DNA of 64,000 nucleotides from NCBI GenBank assembly GCA_965238225.1, contig OZ250183.1:64001-128000 (forward strand), given 5' to 3'. The notes under the pieces are model-generated. The model saw only the letters and a list, made by a program, of their open reading frames with translations. It did no database searches and was not told the DNA's origin. This DNA is from Gammaproteobacteria bacterium (GTDB taxonomy: Bacteria; Pseudomonadota; Gammaproteobacteria; Eutrophobiales; Eutrophobiaceae). Each line of letters opens with the position of its first letter. The first letter of the stretch is position 1. The translations under genes were made by a program, and so were the position numbers. This document shows positions 62,929 through 64,000 of the stretch, in pieces.

Positions 62929-64000
62929 TTAACCATAATATTTGCGTGCAATATCGGGTAAATCTCCGACTAAACCCATGGCGCGTTTCATCACTGCATG
63001 TTTGATGGGCTTTATCGAATCAAACATATCCATCCAAACATATCCATCCCTACATTACGCAGCCATGCGGCTTGCGCAGTTTTGTTCTCAAACAAATACC
63101 TAAAACCTTCTACAGTCATCATCATCATGCTATTTTCGCTCTTGCGCCAACGCTCGTATTTCCGTAGAACAGAATAAGCGCCGATATCGCGACCTTTCTC
63201 TTTGGCCTGCAAGATAACTTCGGCCAAACAAGCCGCATCCAGTAATCCTAAGTTCGCACCTTGTCCGGCAAGCGGATGTATTCGATGTGCTGCATCCCCT
63301 ACCAAGGCAAAACGCGGACGACAATATTCATCTACCTGTGCACGTGCCAAGGAAAATGTTGCGCGCAGATCAGTCTTAATAACAGCGCCTGCCTGATAAT
63401 CAAATGCCTCGGACAAGTTCTTGTTAAATATTTCCTCACCCATGGCTTTTAATTGCGCCGCATGTTCTGGTGTTGTTGACCAGACAATCCCGCATTGATT
63501 AATTGCATGCATAGGTAAGAAAGCCAGAGGGCCAGAATGTAAAAATTTTTGCCGAGCAACTTCTCTGTGCGGATATTCTGTTTCAACCACGCAAGCCAAA
63601 GCGTGCTGATGATAGTCATGAATTTTAAAATTAATCCCTGTTAATGTTCGCATCACAGATGATTGACCATCGGCCGCAACCAATAATTTCCCTGACAATT
63701 GGCGACCATCATCCAAACCAAGATAGATTCTGTCCTTTTCATTGCATAATAATTTTGCTTTGGCAGGACGATACCATTTGCTGTGCTGTGCTGTGTTCAA
63801 CACCAACTCGAGCGCACGTTCAACAACCTTCTGCTCAACAATATAACCCATAATGGATTCTGATATGTTAACACCATTAAAATTAACTTCGCCCGAACCG
63901 TTGCCGTCCCAGACATGCATCTTGCGAAATAATCCAAGACGATCTTCTGGAATTTCATCCCAAGCGCCGATGGATTGCAGAATATTTTTCGATGCATGTG
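62929..64000 (-). CDS. ubiI: UbiH/UbiI-family FAD-dependent ubiquinone hydroxylase (5' end outside the window; C-terminal frameshift)
   Basis: LVAADG, ARQKFL..GPLAFLP, LVGDAAHRIHPLAGQGANLG..D, LRKYERWR; native C-terminus AMGLVGDLP in another frame ends at 62929. Confidence 0.85.
63021..63048. repeat. 14-bp tandem duplication that frameshifts the ubi hydroxylase
   Basis: CAAACATATCCATC x2. Confidence 0.92.

Overview
AT-rich chromosomal segment of a gammaproteobacterium. Most of it is intact housekeeping DNA in familiar synteny: ychF-pth-rplY-prs-tRNA-Gln-ispE-lolB-TPR, hemA-prfA-prmC-moeB, tRNA-Phe, yggX-mutY, argH-fimS/algZ-algR, gshA, metK-ahcY-metF with an SAH riboswitch, tkt-gap-pgk-pyk-fba, ppiC, carbonic anhydrase, purC, glnS and a UbiH/UbiI hydroxylase. 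Two regions stand out. (1) A ~19.4 kb type IV filament locus (24823-44186). It combines MSHA-like machinery, three pilin-like genes, an ABC module flanking the major pilin, and a PrsK/PrsR-like sigma-54 two-component system. A full sigma-54/IHF/enhancer promoter is readable upstream of the pilin. (2) A secreted Sel1-repeat gene inserted between pyk and fba. It has about 19-20 near-identical 108-bp units whose few variable positions are combinatorially reshuffled, and its indels cluster at those positions. Small accessory genes between the core blocks are nearly all frameshifted or fragmentary: type IIG RM, retropepsin-like protease, AbiJ-like defence gene, UDG-like gene and an XRE-HTH remnant. 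No CRISPR array, rRNA, integrase, transposase or reverse transcriptase is visible. All calls come from motif and synteny recognition by eye; no database searches were run.
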